From contig JACOXT010000003.1 in assembly GCA_016182235.1 (NCBI GenBank), positions 386,209 to 450,208 of the forward strand: DNA of 64,000 bases. The letters are read 5' to 3'. The translations under genes and the position numbers were made by a program. The stretch comes from Candidatus Levyibacteriota bacterium (GTDB taxonomy: Bacteria; Patescibacteriota; Microgenomatia; Levybacterales; UBA12049). This document shows positions 19,007-27,893 of the stretch, piece after piece. How positions within the stretch are numbered: position 1 is the stretch's first letter; each line of letters starts with the position of its first letter. A model generated the notes under the pieces. That model saw only the letters and a program-made list of their open reading frames with translations, searched no databases and was not told where the DNA came from.

Positions 19007-19948
19007 CTATAAACGCTTTTTATTATGTAGGTACCACTTAATAGTTTTCTCAAGTCCAATAGAAAAAGGAATTTTTGCACGAAACTGAAACTCATTGTAT
19101 GCTTTTGAAACGTCAAGAAGACGTCTTGGTTGTCCATTGGGTTTAGTTGTGTCAAATACTATTTCACCTGCATATTTCATCAGTCGGGCAATAAGACGTA
19201 CCAAGTCTTTGATTGATATTTCCTTCCCACTGCCAATATTTACCGGATCTGTTTTCTCATATTTTTTGGTAGCCATAACAAAAGCTCTTGCAGCATCTTC
19301 AACGTATAAAAATTCACGAGTCGGCGTTCCATCTCCCCATACTTCTATATATTTTTTATTTTGACGGATAGCCTCGGCAATCTTGTGAATAAGTGCCGGG
19401 ATAACATGGGAGATTTCAGGATCAAAGCTATCGCCTGGGCCATATATATTAACAGGCAACAGGTAAATTCCTTTTAATCCGTGTTCTTGCTGGTAAGACT
19501 GCAAGGCAACTAACAGCATCTTTTTTGCCAATCCATATGGGGCGTTTGTTTTTTCGGGAAATCCAGACCACAAGTCCTCCTCTTTAAATGGTACGGGTAC
19601 ATATTTTGGATACGCACAAATTGTGCCAATAATTACAATTTTTTCTACTTTTGATTTTGTTGCTGCGTCAATTAGATGTATTCCCATAAGCAAATTATCA
19701 TATAGAAGTGTCGCGGGTAGTCTTTGATTCTTGCTAATTCCTCCAACATTACCAGCAAGATGGATTATAATGTCTTGATTTTTGACTACTTTTCTACAGT
19801 TCACGTCCTTTCTTAAGTCATATTCTTTTGAGCGGGGTGCGGAAATGTTTTTGGGATTTACATGATTTTTAATCAATTCTTTTATTACATATGATCCTAC
19901 AAAACCGGATCCTCCGGTAACAAGTATTTTCTTGTTTGCAATGTCCAT
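19007..19948 (-). CDS. fcl: GDP-L-fucose synthase (GDP-4-keto-6-deoxymannose 3,5-epimerase/4-reductase) family
   Basis: VTGGSGFVGSYV, GTICAYPKYVPVPFKEEDLW, NAPYGLAKKML and VWGDGTPTREFLYVEDAA. ATG 19948 is preferred over the track's TTG 19957 because TGTTATAAT (19969-19961) predicts +1 at 19954. Confidence 0.8.
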   Translation of the reverse strand: MDIANKKILVTGGSGFVGSYVIKELIKNHVNPKNISAPRSKEYDLRKDVNCRKVVKNQDIIIHLAGNVGGISKNQRLPATLLYDNLLMGIHLIDAATKSKVEKIVIIGTICAYPKYVPVPFKEEDLWSGFPEKTNAPYGLAKKMLLVALQSYQQEHGLKGIYLLPVNIYGPGDSFDPEISHVIPALIHKIAEAIRQNKKYIEVWGDGTPTREFLYVEDAARAFVMATKKYEKTDPVNIGSGKEISIKDLVRLIARLMKYAGEIVFDTTKPNGQPRRLLDVSKAYNEFQFRAKIPFSIGLEKTIKWYLHNKKRL

Positions 19949-19960
19949 AAGCAACAATTT

Positions 19961-19969
19961 ATTATAACA
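19961..19969 (-). promoter_or_regulatory. Extended -10 promoter TGTTATAAT for the fcl operon
   Basis: The minus strand reads TGTTATAAT. Predicted +1 at 19954, 6 nt before ATG 19948. Confidence 0.4.
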
Positions 19970-19989
19970 TACGCTCTAGCTCTCAAGAT

Positions 19990-20018
19990 TTGTTTTCCAT
20001 ACGTTGCATACGTATAAT
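19990..20018 (+). promoter_or_regulatory. Sigma70-type promoter TTGTTT-17-TATAAT; +1 coincides with ATG 20025 (leaderless)
   Basis: TTGTTT at 19990-19995 and TATAAT at 20013-20018. The 6-5-6 inverted repeat ATACGT-TGCAT-ACGTAT (19999-20015) overlaps the -10 box. Confidence 0.4.
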
Positions 20019-20024
20019 AAAACC

Positions 20025-21521
20025 ATGTTATTTAGGAGTCATATTCTCATTCCATTGCTTATTTGCGTACTGATATTCACTGCATGGTATAGGATTCTGT
20101 CGCAAACCTTCCAGGGCGAAGGCTATTATTACTTTTTTCAGGGCTACAAAGATAACGGGAATATATTTAGGTACGATATTGGAGCGGGTTTGCTTTTTGA
20201 TCTTCTTGCGCCTATCTTTAAAGATAATTTTTTTTTATATCAAGGTTTTGCACTTTTGTCCTTCGTGCTTATTGGTATTTTGTTCTACTTTTTTGTAAAT
20301 GTATTTACAAAAAATAAAAAGGTCTCCTTGATTGCTGCGATTTTATTTGGATTCAATTTCTCTACATCATTTGAAATGCTTGCAGGAGGATCTTATCAAA
20401 ATTTTCTCCAAAGAATTTTTTTCTTTATTCCTGTGCTGATTTCTTTCATTCTGTTTTTTAAATTTCTGGAAGTTAAGAAATGGTATTACTATATCTTCTC
20501 TTTAATATTATCTTCCGCAGCGGTATTTTTTGCTTATTTCAGTATATTTTACATAGCGTTTCTTTCCGCATTTTTATTGGGTTTTGTTATTTTAAAAAGA
20601 TTTAATTTAAAAAAAATCATAAAAGAAGTTTTTTTTATTCTCACTTTTATTATTCTAAATATAGTAATTGTTTATCTTCCGGTTCTTGTGGAGGTATCTT
20701 CAAATTTTGGTTTAGGTGAAAAAAACCTCTTTGAATATATTTTTCACAATGTATCAGACATAGTTTTTCATAATTTAAGACAGCTAACTATTCTTACAAT
20801 TCCGGATGTGGTTATTAAGGTAATTTTTGAAGTTTCTAATATTTCTTACGGGAGAGGATTGAGTTACCTCTTTCTACCTGTAGTATTGTTGTATGTTTTC
20901 GTTGTAAGGCATATTTACAAAAATGAAAAAAAATTAAGACTGCCTATTATTTCAGCCTTATTGTTTTTGCCTATTTCTTTTACATTGAATATGTTTATAA
21001 GAGCAGATAATGTACATCATCTTGAGGCAGGAAGCAGATATTTATTTGCTTCCTCAATTGGATTTTCTATTTTCTGGGCCATTTTTACTGTCCATATCTT
21101 AAGGAGGAAACCAAAAGTTTTAATATACTCACTTATCATTTTTTGGTTTGTTTTACAAAGTTATTCAATAAATAGAGAAATCAACAAAGAGGATTATAAA
21201 CATATTGCTACAAAAAATATCGTATCCTATATTAAAAAACAAGTATCTCCTAAACTATATGAAGATTCCATCGTAATCGTGCCAAATCTTATGAGTGTTT
21301 GGGGGGCTTCTTTTTGTGAACTATTTTACGGGAAGAGCAAAACTTTATTTTTGTTGCTTTACGATCAGATAAAATGGAAAGAAGATTACGGAAGACCTTT
21401 CGATCCAAAAAGAGACTTTATCCTTAACTATGATTATGAGAAGAGTATGGTAGTAGATATTACTAAAGACTACAAAGAGATATTAATTAATTATGACATC
21501 CCAATACTCTCTCAACAGTAG
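20025..21521 (+). CDS. Polytopic membrane protein, paralogue family A (putative GT-C-like); no named family recognised
   Basis: About 12 hydrophobic segments, a FQGEGYYYF motif after TM1, and a soluble C-terminal domain of about 110 aa. It aligns along its full length with 24681-26201. Confidence 0.5.
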   Translation: MLFRSHILIPLLICVLIFTAWYRILSQTFQGEGYYYFFQGYKDNGNIFRYDIGAGLLFDLLAPIFKDNFFLYQGFALLSFVLIGILFYFFVNVFTKNKKVSLIAAILFGFNFSTSFEMLAGGSYQNFLQRIFFFIPVLISFILFFKFLEVKKWYYYIFSLILSSAAVFFAYFSIFYIAFLSAFLLGFVILKRFNLKKIIKEVFFILTFIILNIVIVYLPVLVEVSSNFGLGEKNLFEYIFHNVSDIVFHNLRQLTILTIPDVVIKVIFEVSNISYGRGLSYLFLPVVLLYVFVVRHIYKNEKKLRLPIISALLFLPISFTLNMFIRADNVHHLEAGSRYLFASSIGFSIFWAIFTVHILRRKPKVLIYSLIIFWFVLQSYSINREINKEDYKHIATKNIVSYIKKQVSPKLYEDSIVIVPNLMSVWGASFCELFYGKSKTLFLLLYDQIKWKEDYGRPFDPKRDFILNYDYEKSMVVDITKDYKEILINYDIPILSQQ

Positions 21522-21527
21522 TTCAAT

Positions 21528-22784
21528 ATGTTTGAATACTATCGGAAAAGAAACATTAGGTTTTTAGAATTTATTATTCCCCAAAAAAAGAAAATTTTAT
21601 TTGTAGATTTGCATAAGGCAGACTTAAATATTATCAACAAGTTAAGAAAGAAATACCCAACACTTAAGGTTATTAATACAAAGGATGTATACGGGTTGCG
21701 TGGAAAATTTGACTATGTCATTTTATATACTTCATCTTCCTATGTAAATAATAAAAAGTTGTTTTTCAGGCAGTTACAAAAGCGTTGTCATCCTTCAACC
21801 CGAATTGTAATGTATCAGAGAAGTCATATCTGGCAATGGATAGGATGCTTTATTGAAAGACTAAGATCGAGAGAAAAAAAAGAGCTGCACAATATGTCAC
21901 CTACCAACAACATTTCAGCAGATCTTATCAGCAATGGATTTGAGCCTACTCGAATATTCCGCAGTACTCTTCTTCCTTTTTTCGCATTTGGATTAGGACC
22001 AATTATAAACGCTGTTGCAACAGCAATCCCGTTTTTTGATATTTTTAAAATTGACAGGTATATTGTGGCAAGGCCAATGCCAGAGTTATTTAGGAAAACT
22101 GAATTGCCTCAAAGTCTTACGATTTGTATTACCGTTCGTAATGAAAGGGATAATATTGAACCAATTGTAAAATCATTGCCAATTATTTGCAAGAGTCAGG
22201 AAATCTTATTTGTTGAAGGACATTCAAGTGATGGTACAAGAGAAGAAATAGAACGAATTGCTCGAAAATACACCAGAAAGCATGTTCGTGTTATAGGCCA
22301 GACTGGCCGCGGACAAGGAGATGCAATTCATGTTGGATTTAAAGAATCTGATCCCCGAGACGTCCACTACTTTTATGAAGCAATAGAAAAGGGAAGATTC
22401 GAGTTTGTAGAAGGTAGCCGTTTTCTGTATCCAATTATATCAATTCCAATGCCTTTCATCAATAAATTAGGAAATATTTTTTTTGCAAAAATTTTTTCAT
22501 TATTTTTTAATACCCACATATCAGATGTGCTAGGCGGAATTAAGGCAATTCGTAAGCGTGATTATGATACACTCTATGCCCAATGGGGCTTTTTGAACTT
22601 ATACGATCCTTTTGGAGATTTTGAACTTTTGTACGGATCAATACGCCAAGGATTAAAAATTGGTGAGATTCCCATGAGATACTATGCGAGAATTTATGGT
22701 AAATCAAAAACGAGAAGAATACAGCACGGTTTCTATTTATTAAGAATGTTAATAAAGGGATTCTATATTTTTAGAATTATTTAA
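21528..22784 (+). CDS. Degenerate paralogue of the MT-GT2 fusion; both the SAM motif I and the GT2 DxD region are lost
   Basis: Collinear with the 17588-19003 product (KFDYVIL, TRIV, ARxMP, NExxNIE, FxEGHSxDxT, GSRxxYP, DPFGD, HGxxLLRM). However LEIGCGTG is replaced by LFVDLHKAD, and about 14 residues spanning HEICVVFDADL are missing (GFKESDPRDV). Confidence 0.65.
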   Translation: MFEYYRKRNIRFLEFIIPQKKKILFVDLHKADLNIINKLRKKYPTLKVINTKDVYGLRGKFDYVILYTSSSYVNNKKLFFRQLQKRCHPSTRIVMYQRSHIWQWIGCFIERLRSREKKELHNMSPTNNISADLISNGFEPTRIFRSTLLPFFAFGLGPIINAVATAIPFFDIFKIDRYIVARPMPELFRKTELPQSLTICITVRNERDNIEPIVKSLPIICKSQEILFVEGHSSDGTREEIERIARKYTRKHVRVIGQTGRGQGDAIHVGFKESDPRDVHYFYEAIEKGRFEFVEGSRFLYPIISIPMPFINKLGNIFFAKIFSLFFNTHISDVLGGIKAIRKRDYDTLYAQWGFLNLYDPFGDFELLYGSIRQGLKIGEIPMRYYARIYGKSKTRRIQHGFYLLRMLIKGFYIFRII

Positions 22785-22797
22785 ATAGTGTATAATA

Positions 22798-23931
22798 ATG
22801 CATGTTATGAAGATACCTCAGTTAACCCCCTGGATCGGCAACAAAGAATATAAGGCCATAAAATCTTGTTTTGATAATAATTGGGTTACGGAGGGACCAA
22901 AGACGCGAGAATTTAACGAAGCTTTATTAAGGCTTATCGGCGCAAAATATGGTGTTTTTGCCCCAAACGGAACTCTAGCACTCTATCTTGGACTAAGAGC
23001 GCTTGGAATTGGAGTCGGTGATGAAGTGATTGTTCCATCTTTTACTTTTATTGCATCTGCAACATCTGTTGAGATGACAGGAGCAAAACCTGTTTTTGTA
23101 GATGTCAATAGACGTAACTTTCAGATTGATGTAACAAAAGCCAGCCGATTAATAAATAGTAAGACAAAAGCTATTATGCCTGTTCATGTCTATGGTACTG
23201 TATGTGACATGGATAGCGTTATGAAATTTTCAAAAAAATTCAAGTTATTGGTTATTGAAGATGCTGCAGAGGCTATTGGCGTACATCTAAAAAATAAACA
23301 TGCAGGTACATTTGGCGATATTGGTTGTTTTTCTTTTTTTGCAGACAAAACAATTACCACAGGGGAGGGAGGATTTGTTGTGACTGATGACGAGAAATTG
23401 TATGAAAAGTTGACGTATCTTCGCAATCAGGGACGAAAGGACAGGGGGTCATTTATTCACCCATTCATTGGCTACAACTTTCGCATAACAGATATTCAGG
23501 CTGCAGTAGGATTAGCACAGTTAAAAAAATTGGAAGAAATTAAAGTGCGTAAAAGGAAAATACTCGACAGATACAAGAGGCTTTTGGGAGGTATGGACGG
23601 CATTACCTTTTTTGAACCGGATCAAGATGCAGAAATAGTGCCCTTTCGAACATGCATTCTCCTCGAAAAGGCACATAAGTTAATGAATTATTTGAGAGAA
23701 AAAGGAGTTGAATCACGGACTTTTTTTTATCCACTTCACAAACAACCGTGCTTTATACATTTACAAAAAGAGAGAAGTGATCAACATGACGAATATTTCC
23801 CAAACACGATTTTTGGCTTTGAACATGGGGTTTGTCTTCCTGTTTTTCCGACTCTTACAGATAGACAAATTGCATATATATGTAATGCAATAATTGATTT
23901 TCAGAAAAAACATGAGAGAAAAAAAAGATAA
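22798..23931 (+). CDS. DegT/DnrJ/EryC1/StrS-family PLP-dependent NDP-sugar aminotransferase
   Basis: GPKTREFNEALL, VIVPSFTFIASA, EDAAEAIG, FSFFADKTITTGEGG (PLP lysine) and NFRITDIQAAVGLAQL. Confidence 0.85.
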   Translation: MHVMKIPQLTPWIGNKEYKAIKSCFDNNWVTEGPKTREFNEALLRLIGAKYGVFAPNGTLALYLGLRALGIGVGDEVIVPSFTFIASATSVEMTGAKPVFVDVNRRNFQIDVTKASRLINSKTKAIMPVHVYGTVCDMDSVMKFSKKFKLLVIEDAAEAIGVHLKNKHAGTFGDIGCFSFFADKTITTGEGGFVVTDDEKLYEKLTYLRNQGRKDRGSFIHPFIGYNFRITDIQAAVGLAQLKKLEEIKVRKRKILDRYKRLLGGMDGITFFEPDQDAEIVPFRTCILLEKAHKLMNYLREKGVESRTFFYPLHKQPCFIHLQKERSDQHDEYFPNTIFGFEHGVCLPVFPTLTDRQIAYICNAIIDFQKKHERKKR

Positions 23932-24670
23932 GCTTTTTTATAGATATTATGATATTATATTTGCCAAAAAAAAATATGCAGCCGAGACAAATACTGCATT
24001 ACGTTTTTCAAAACAGTTTGGAATTTTCCCTCCTCAAAACACTTTGGAGATAGGTTGCGGAACAGGCAATCACACTCTTTATCTTGCAAAAAAAATAAAA
24101 AAGGTTACAGCAATTGATACAGATGCCATAATGGTACGAAAAGCAAAAGAGAAAATAGCGCTTGCAAGAGTAAAAAACATTACAATTCTTCATACAGGCA
24201 TTGAAAAAATGAAAGTGGGAGCGTTCGATCTTATAGTTGCTTTATTTAACGTAGTTACCTATATTCCCGATACCATGTCGCTACATTCATTTATGCAGGC
24301 AGTGGCAGATCATCTTAGGCCAGGAGGAATCTTTATCTTTGATTGTTGGAACGGAGTCGCAGCGCTTAGAAATCCGCCGGGTTCAAAAAAAACAGTTATA
24401 AAATATGGAGGAGAAAAAATTACAACTATTCTAACAAGTAAGACTGATCTTTTTAATCAAAAAACAGTACTAAATTATCATATTGTCGTTAAAAACGGTA
24501 GTAGACAGAAGGATGATTTTTCTTTTTCTCAGACGCTTTGGACTCCAGTACAGATTAGAGTTGCGATAGAGAATGTCGGTTTGAAAAAATTATTATGCTG
24601 TCCTCTTATGTCTTTCAGAAAAGTTGCCACAGAAAACGACTGGAAAATAATGTTTGTGTGCAAGAAATAA
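23912..24670 (+). CDS. Class I SAM-dependent methyltransferase
   Basis: TLEIGCGTGNHTLYLA, FDLIVALFNVVTY and LRPGGIFIFD. The first ATG is at 23912; the track uses TTG 23894. Confidence 0.8.
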   Translation: MREKKDKLFYRYYDIIFAKKKYAAETNTALRFSKQFGIFPPQNTLEIGCGTGNHTLYLAKKIKKVTAIDTDAIMVRKAKEKIALARVKNITILHTGIEKMKVGAFDLIVALFNVVTYIPDTMSLHSFMQAVADHLRPGGIFIFDCWNGVAALRNPPGSKKTVIKYGGEKITTILTSKTDLFNQKTVLNYHIVVKNGSRQKDDFSFSQTLWTPVQIRVAIENVGLKKLLCCPLMSFRKVATENDWKIMFVCKK

Positions 24671-24680
24671 TGCTTTTGAT

Positions 24681-26201
24681 ATGTTAAAATTGATTTTTGC
24701 TACTACGCAATCCACTGTGGGAAAGATACAAAAAGACCATGCTATCAATATTTCAATATTGTTTTTTTCTGTAATTGTTGCATGGCATAAGATTTTATCC
24801 CATACGTTTCTTGGAGAAGGGTATTGGTATATTCTTAATGGGCTGGGTGAAGGAAAAATTACTCGTATATTTACGCACGATTTGGGAGCAATTTTACTTT
24901 TTAATCTCATTAAGCCGGTTTTTGCAGATAATTTTTTCTTTTATCAGTTATTTGCACTTATAAGTTTTGTTCTCATCGGAGCTCTTTTCTACTTTTTTGT
25001 ATACGAACTTACCGGTAGAAAAGAGATTGGACTTATTGCCGCAGTATTATTCGCAGTAAATTTTACTACATCGCTTGAAATGCTTGGGTTGGGATCCTAC
25101 CAGAACTTTGCCCAGAGAGTTTTTTTCCTAATTCTTCTACTGCCATCGTTTATTTTGTTTTTAAAGTTTAAAAAGAACAAAAATATACTTTACTACTTTT
25201 TCTCACTTTTATTAAGCGGGCTCTCTTCTTTTTTTGCACAATTTAGTCTCTTTTACCTTGTTTTCTTTGGAGTTTTGGCTTTTACAACGCTTATTTCAGT
25301 AAGGTCAAAGCTCAAAAAGGCGTTCGTTGATTCGTTTTTGATATTTTTGGTTTTTGCGGTAGGCGTTTTTGTCATTTATTTTCCAGTTTTCTTAGGACTT
25401 TCCTCATTTATACCAAAGCAAAGTCTCTTTGTATATATTTTTTCTAACTTCGATTCTGTTATTTTCCATAGCTTAAGACAACTTGTTATTATCACAGTTC
25501 CTGAAGGAATCCTAAAAATAATTTTTTCTACTTCCGGTCCTTTGCATAAAGAAGGAATGCAGCTCCTTTTCATCCCGAGTGTTTTAATCTATCTTTTTGC
25601 CGGAATATTCCTATATAAAAAAGAAAGAGCGCTTAGAATAGCACTTCTTACATCCCTTTTCTTTTTACCTCTTATTTTTATATTCAATATGTATCTTAGA
25701 GGCGATAATGTTGATCATCTTGGTCCAGGAAGTAGATATTTATTTGCTCCATCTATGGGATTTGCAATTTTCTGGGCAATTTCGTTTTCATATATTATAG
25801 GAAAGAAGAAAAGATGGTTGATCTATCCGCTAATTGCCGGATGGATTGTTATTCAAATAATATCGATTAATAGAGAATTGGAAAAAGAGAATTATAAATT
25901 TGTTGCTACGAAAAAAATAGTATCTTACATTAAGGAAAAAATCTCTCCTAAATTACATGAAGATTCTATAGTAATCGTACCAAACATGATGGGTACTTGG
26001 GGGGCTAGGTTTTGCAAACTATTTTATGGAATGAGTAATACATTATTTTTACCCCTTTATGATCAAATAGAGTGGATAGGTGAATATGGAAGACCGTTCG
26101 ATCCGACTAAAGATATAGTATTAGATTATGATTTTAAAAACGATGAAGTAGTGGACGTAACAAAAGATTATAAAAAAATAATTATAGATAAAAATGACTA
26201 A
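24681..26201 (+). CDS. Polytopic membrane protein, paralogue family A (second copy)
   Basis: FLGEGYWYIL after TM1. Long collinear blocks match 20025-21521, for example SIVIVPNMMGTWGARFCKLFYG against SIVIVPNLMSVWGASFCELFYG. Confidence 0.5.
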   Translation: MLKLIFATTQSTVGKIQKDHAINISILFFSVIVAWHKILSHTFLGEGYWYILNGLGEGKITRIFTHDLGAILLFNLIKPVFADNFFFYQLFALISFVLIGALFYFFVYELTGRKEIGLIAAVLFAVNFTTSLEMLGLGSYQNFAQRVFFLILLLPSFILFLKFKKNKNILYYFFSLLLSGLSSFFAQFSLFYLVFFGVLAFTTLISVRSKLKKAFVDSFLIFLVFAVGVFVIYFPVFLGLSSFIPKQSLFVYIFSNFDSVIFHSLRQLVIITVPEGILKIIFSTSGPLHKEGMQLLFIPSVLIYLFAGIFLYKKERALRIALLTSLFFLPLIFIFNMYLRGDNVDHLGPGSRYLFAPSMGFAIFWAISFSYIIGKKKRWLIYPLIAGWIVIQIISINRELEKENYKFVATKKIVSYIKEKISPKLHEDSIVIVPNMMGTWGARFCKLFYGMSNTLFLPLYDQIEWIGEYGRPFDPTKDIVLDYDFKNDEVVDVTKDYKKIIIDKND

Positions 26202-26226
26202 CGATTAAGTTTATATAATGTTAGGT

Positions 26227-26255
26227 TTGACATTATTCACTACTTAGGATAAAGT
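26227..26255 (+). promoter_or_regulatory. Sigma70-type promoter TTGACA-17-TAAAGT for the gmhA operon
   Basis: TTGACA at 26227-26232 and TAAAGT at 26250-26255. Predicted +1 at 26262, 7 nt before ATG 26269, with no Shine-Dalgarno sequence. Confidence 0.4.
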
Positions 26256-26268
26256 ATTACAGTGATTT

Positions 26269-26889
26269 ATGGCTAAACCGAATAGTCTTTATCGTAAAAA
26301 AGCAGAGACTCATTTAGTGGAGAGCATCAAGGTTAAACAGCTGACGTTAGAAAAATGCATGAGTTCAATCCTTGCGGGAGCTCAATTAATCGTAGACACT
26401 TTTTTATCCGGCGGTAAAGTTTTACTTTGTGGTAACGGTGGAAGTGCTGCAGATTGTCAGCACATGGCGACAGAATTTGTTAATGCGCTAGATAAGAATT
26501 TTTTTCGTCCCACTATGCCTGCCTTTGCCCTCACTACCGATTCGTCAGTGATGACATCTTTTTCCAATGACTTTGGTTTTGATGGAGTATTTGAGCGTCA
26601 AGTTCAAGGCTTGGGCAAACCTAACGATTTATTAATAGGTATCTCAACCAGCGGAAATTCTAAAAACGTCATTAGAGCGATCAACGCAGCTAACTCTATC
26701 AAGATGCATACCCTTGCTTTAACTGGCAATAACGGACAATTGCAAAAAATAGCCGATGTGGTAATTTCCATTCCCAGCAATAATACTCAATACATCCAGG
26801 AAGCGCACCTGACTATTGAACATATCCTTTGCGAGCTGGTTGAGCACTATCTTTTTGTGGGGATCAAGAAAAAAGACCTATGGTCATAA
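26269..26889 (+). CDS. gmhA: D-sedoheptulose 7-phosphate isomerase (phosphoheptose isomerase)
   Basis: LLCGNGGSAADCQHMATEF, FSNDFGFDGVFERQV, IGISTSGNSKNV, and QEAHLTIEHIL at the C-terminus. Confidence 0.85.
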   Translation: MAKPNSLYRKKAETHLVESIKVKQLTLEKCMSSILAGAQLIVDTFLSGGKVLLCGNGGSAADCQHMATEFVNALDKNFFRPTMPAFALTTDSSVMTSFSNDFGFDGVFERQVQGLGKPNDLLIGISTSGNSKNVIRAINAANSIKMHTLALTGNNGQLQKIADVVISIPSNNTQYIQEAHLTIEHILCELVEHYLFVGIKKKDLWS

Positions 26890-27893
26890 GCAGAACTCCT
26901 TTTCGAATTTCTTTTTTTGGTGGAGGAACAGATTATCCTGCTTGGTATCGTAAGCATGGCGGCACAGTTTTAGCAACAACAATTAACAAATACTGCTATA
27001 TTAGCGCAAGATTCCTGCCACCATTTTTTGGTTTCAAATACAGAATTGCATATTCTATAATTGAAAATTGTAAAACTCTTGATCAAATTGTTCATCCTTC
27101 TGTTCGCACTTGTATACGTTTTTTGAAGATGCCCCAAGGGTTAGAAATTCACCACGATGGTGATTTACCAGCCCGAAGCGGATTGGGATCCAGTTCTGCT
27201 TTTACGGTCGGAATGTTACATGCTCTGTATGCTTTAAGAGGTCATATGCCAAACAAACATAAACTGGCCAAAGAAAGTATTTATATTGAGCAAAAGGTTC
27301 TAAAAGAAACAGTTGGGTCGCAAGATCAGGTTTTAGCGGCATATGGAGGATTTAATCTGGTTGCTTTTCATAAGGATGGGGAAATAACGCTAAAACCAGT
27401 AACCATTTCTAAAAAACGCATAGAAGAATTGCAAGATCATTTGATGCTTTTTTATACAGGCATTGTTCGGACTGCTTCAGATGTAGCCAAGACGTTCGTT
27501 CCAAATATCCAAGAGAAAGAAAAACAACTCTTTTCCATGAATAACATGGTTGATCAAGCTTTGGATATCTTGAACAGCAGAAAGGATATTGACGATTTTG
27601 GTAAGCTTCTGCATGAAAACTGGAATCTTAAGCGTTCCTTAAGTTCTTCTGTTTCTAACTCCTTTATAGATAATATTTATCTTAGTGCTCTATCAAAAGG
27701 GGCGATCGGAGGTAAGATTATTGGTGCAGGGGGTGGAGGATTTTTGCTTCTTTTTGTCCCGCCTTCACATCAAGCCAAAGTCAAAAAGCAGTTTAATAAA
27801 CTTATTTATGTTCCTATCAAGTTTGAAAATCAAGGATCTCAAATAATTTACTATGATCAACAGGAGGATTATTCTTCGGTTAGAAAAATATGA
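26880..27893 (+). CDS. GHMP-family sugar kinase, heptose 7-phosphate kinase (HddA)-like, second copy
   Basis: SRTPFRISFFGGGTDYP, PARSGLGSSSAFTVG and GGKIIGAGGGGFLLLF. Confidence 0.85.
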   Translation: MVISRTPFRISFFGGGTDYPAWYRKHGGTVLATTINKYCYISARFLPPFFGFKYRIAYSIIENCKTLDQIVHPSVRTCIRFLKMPQGLEIHHDGDLPARSGLGSSSAFTVGMLHALYALRGHMPNKHKLAKESIYIEQKVLKETVGSQDQVLAAYGGFNLVAFHKDGEITLKPVTISKKRIEELQDHLMLFYTGIVRTASDVAKTFVPNIQEKEKQLFSMNNMVDQALDILNSRKDIDDFGKLLHENWNLKRSLSSSVSNSFIDNIYLSALSKGAIGGKIIGAGGGGFLLLFVPPSHQAKVKKQFNKLIYVPIKFENQGSQIIYYDQQEDYSSVRKI

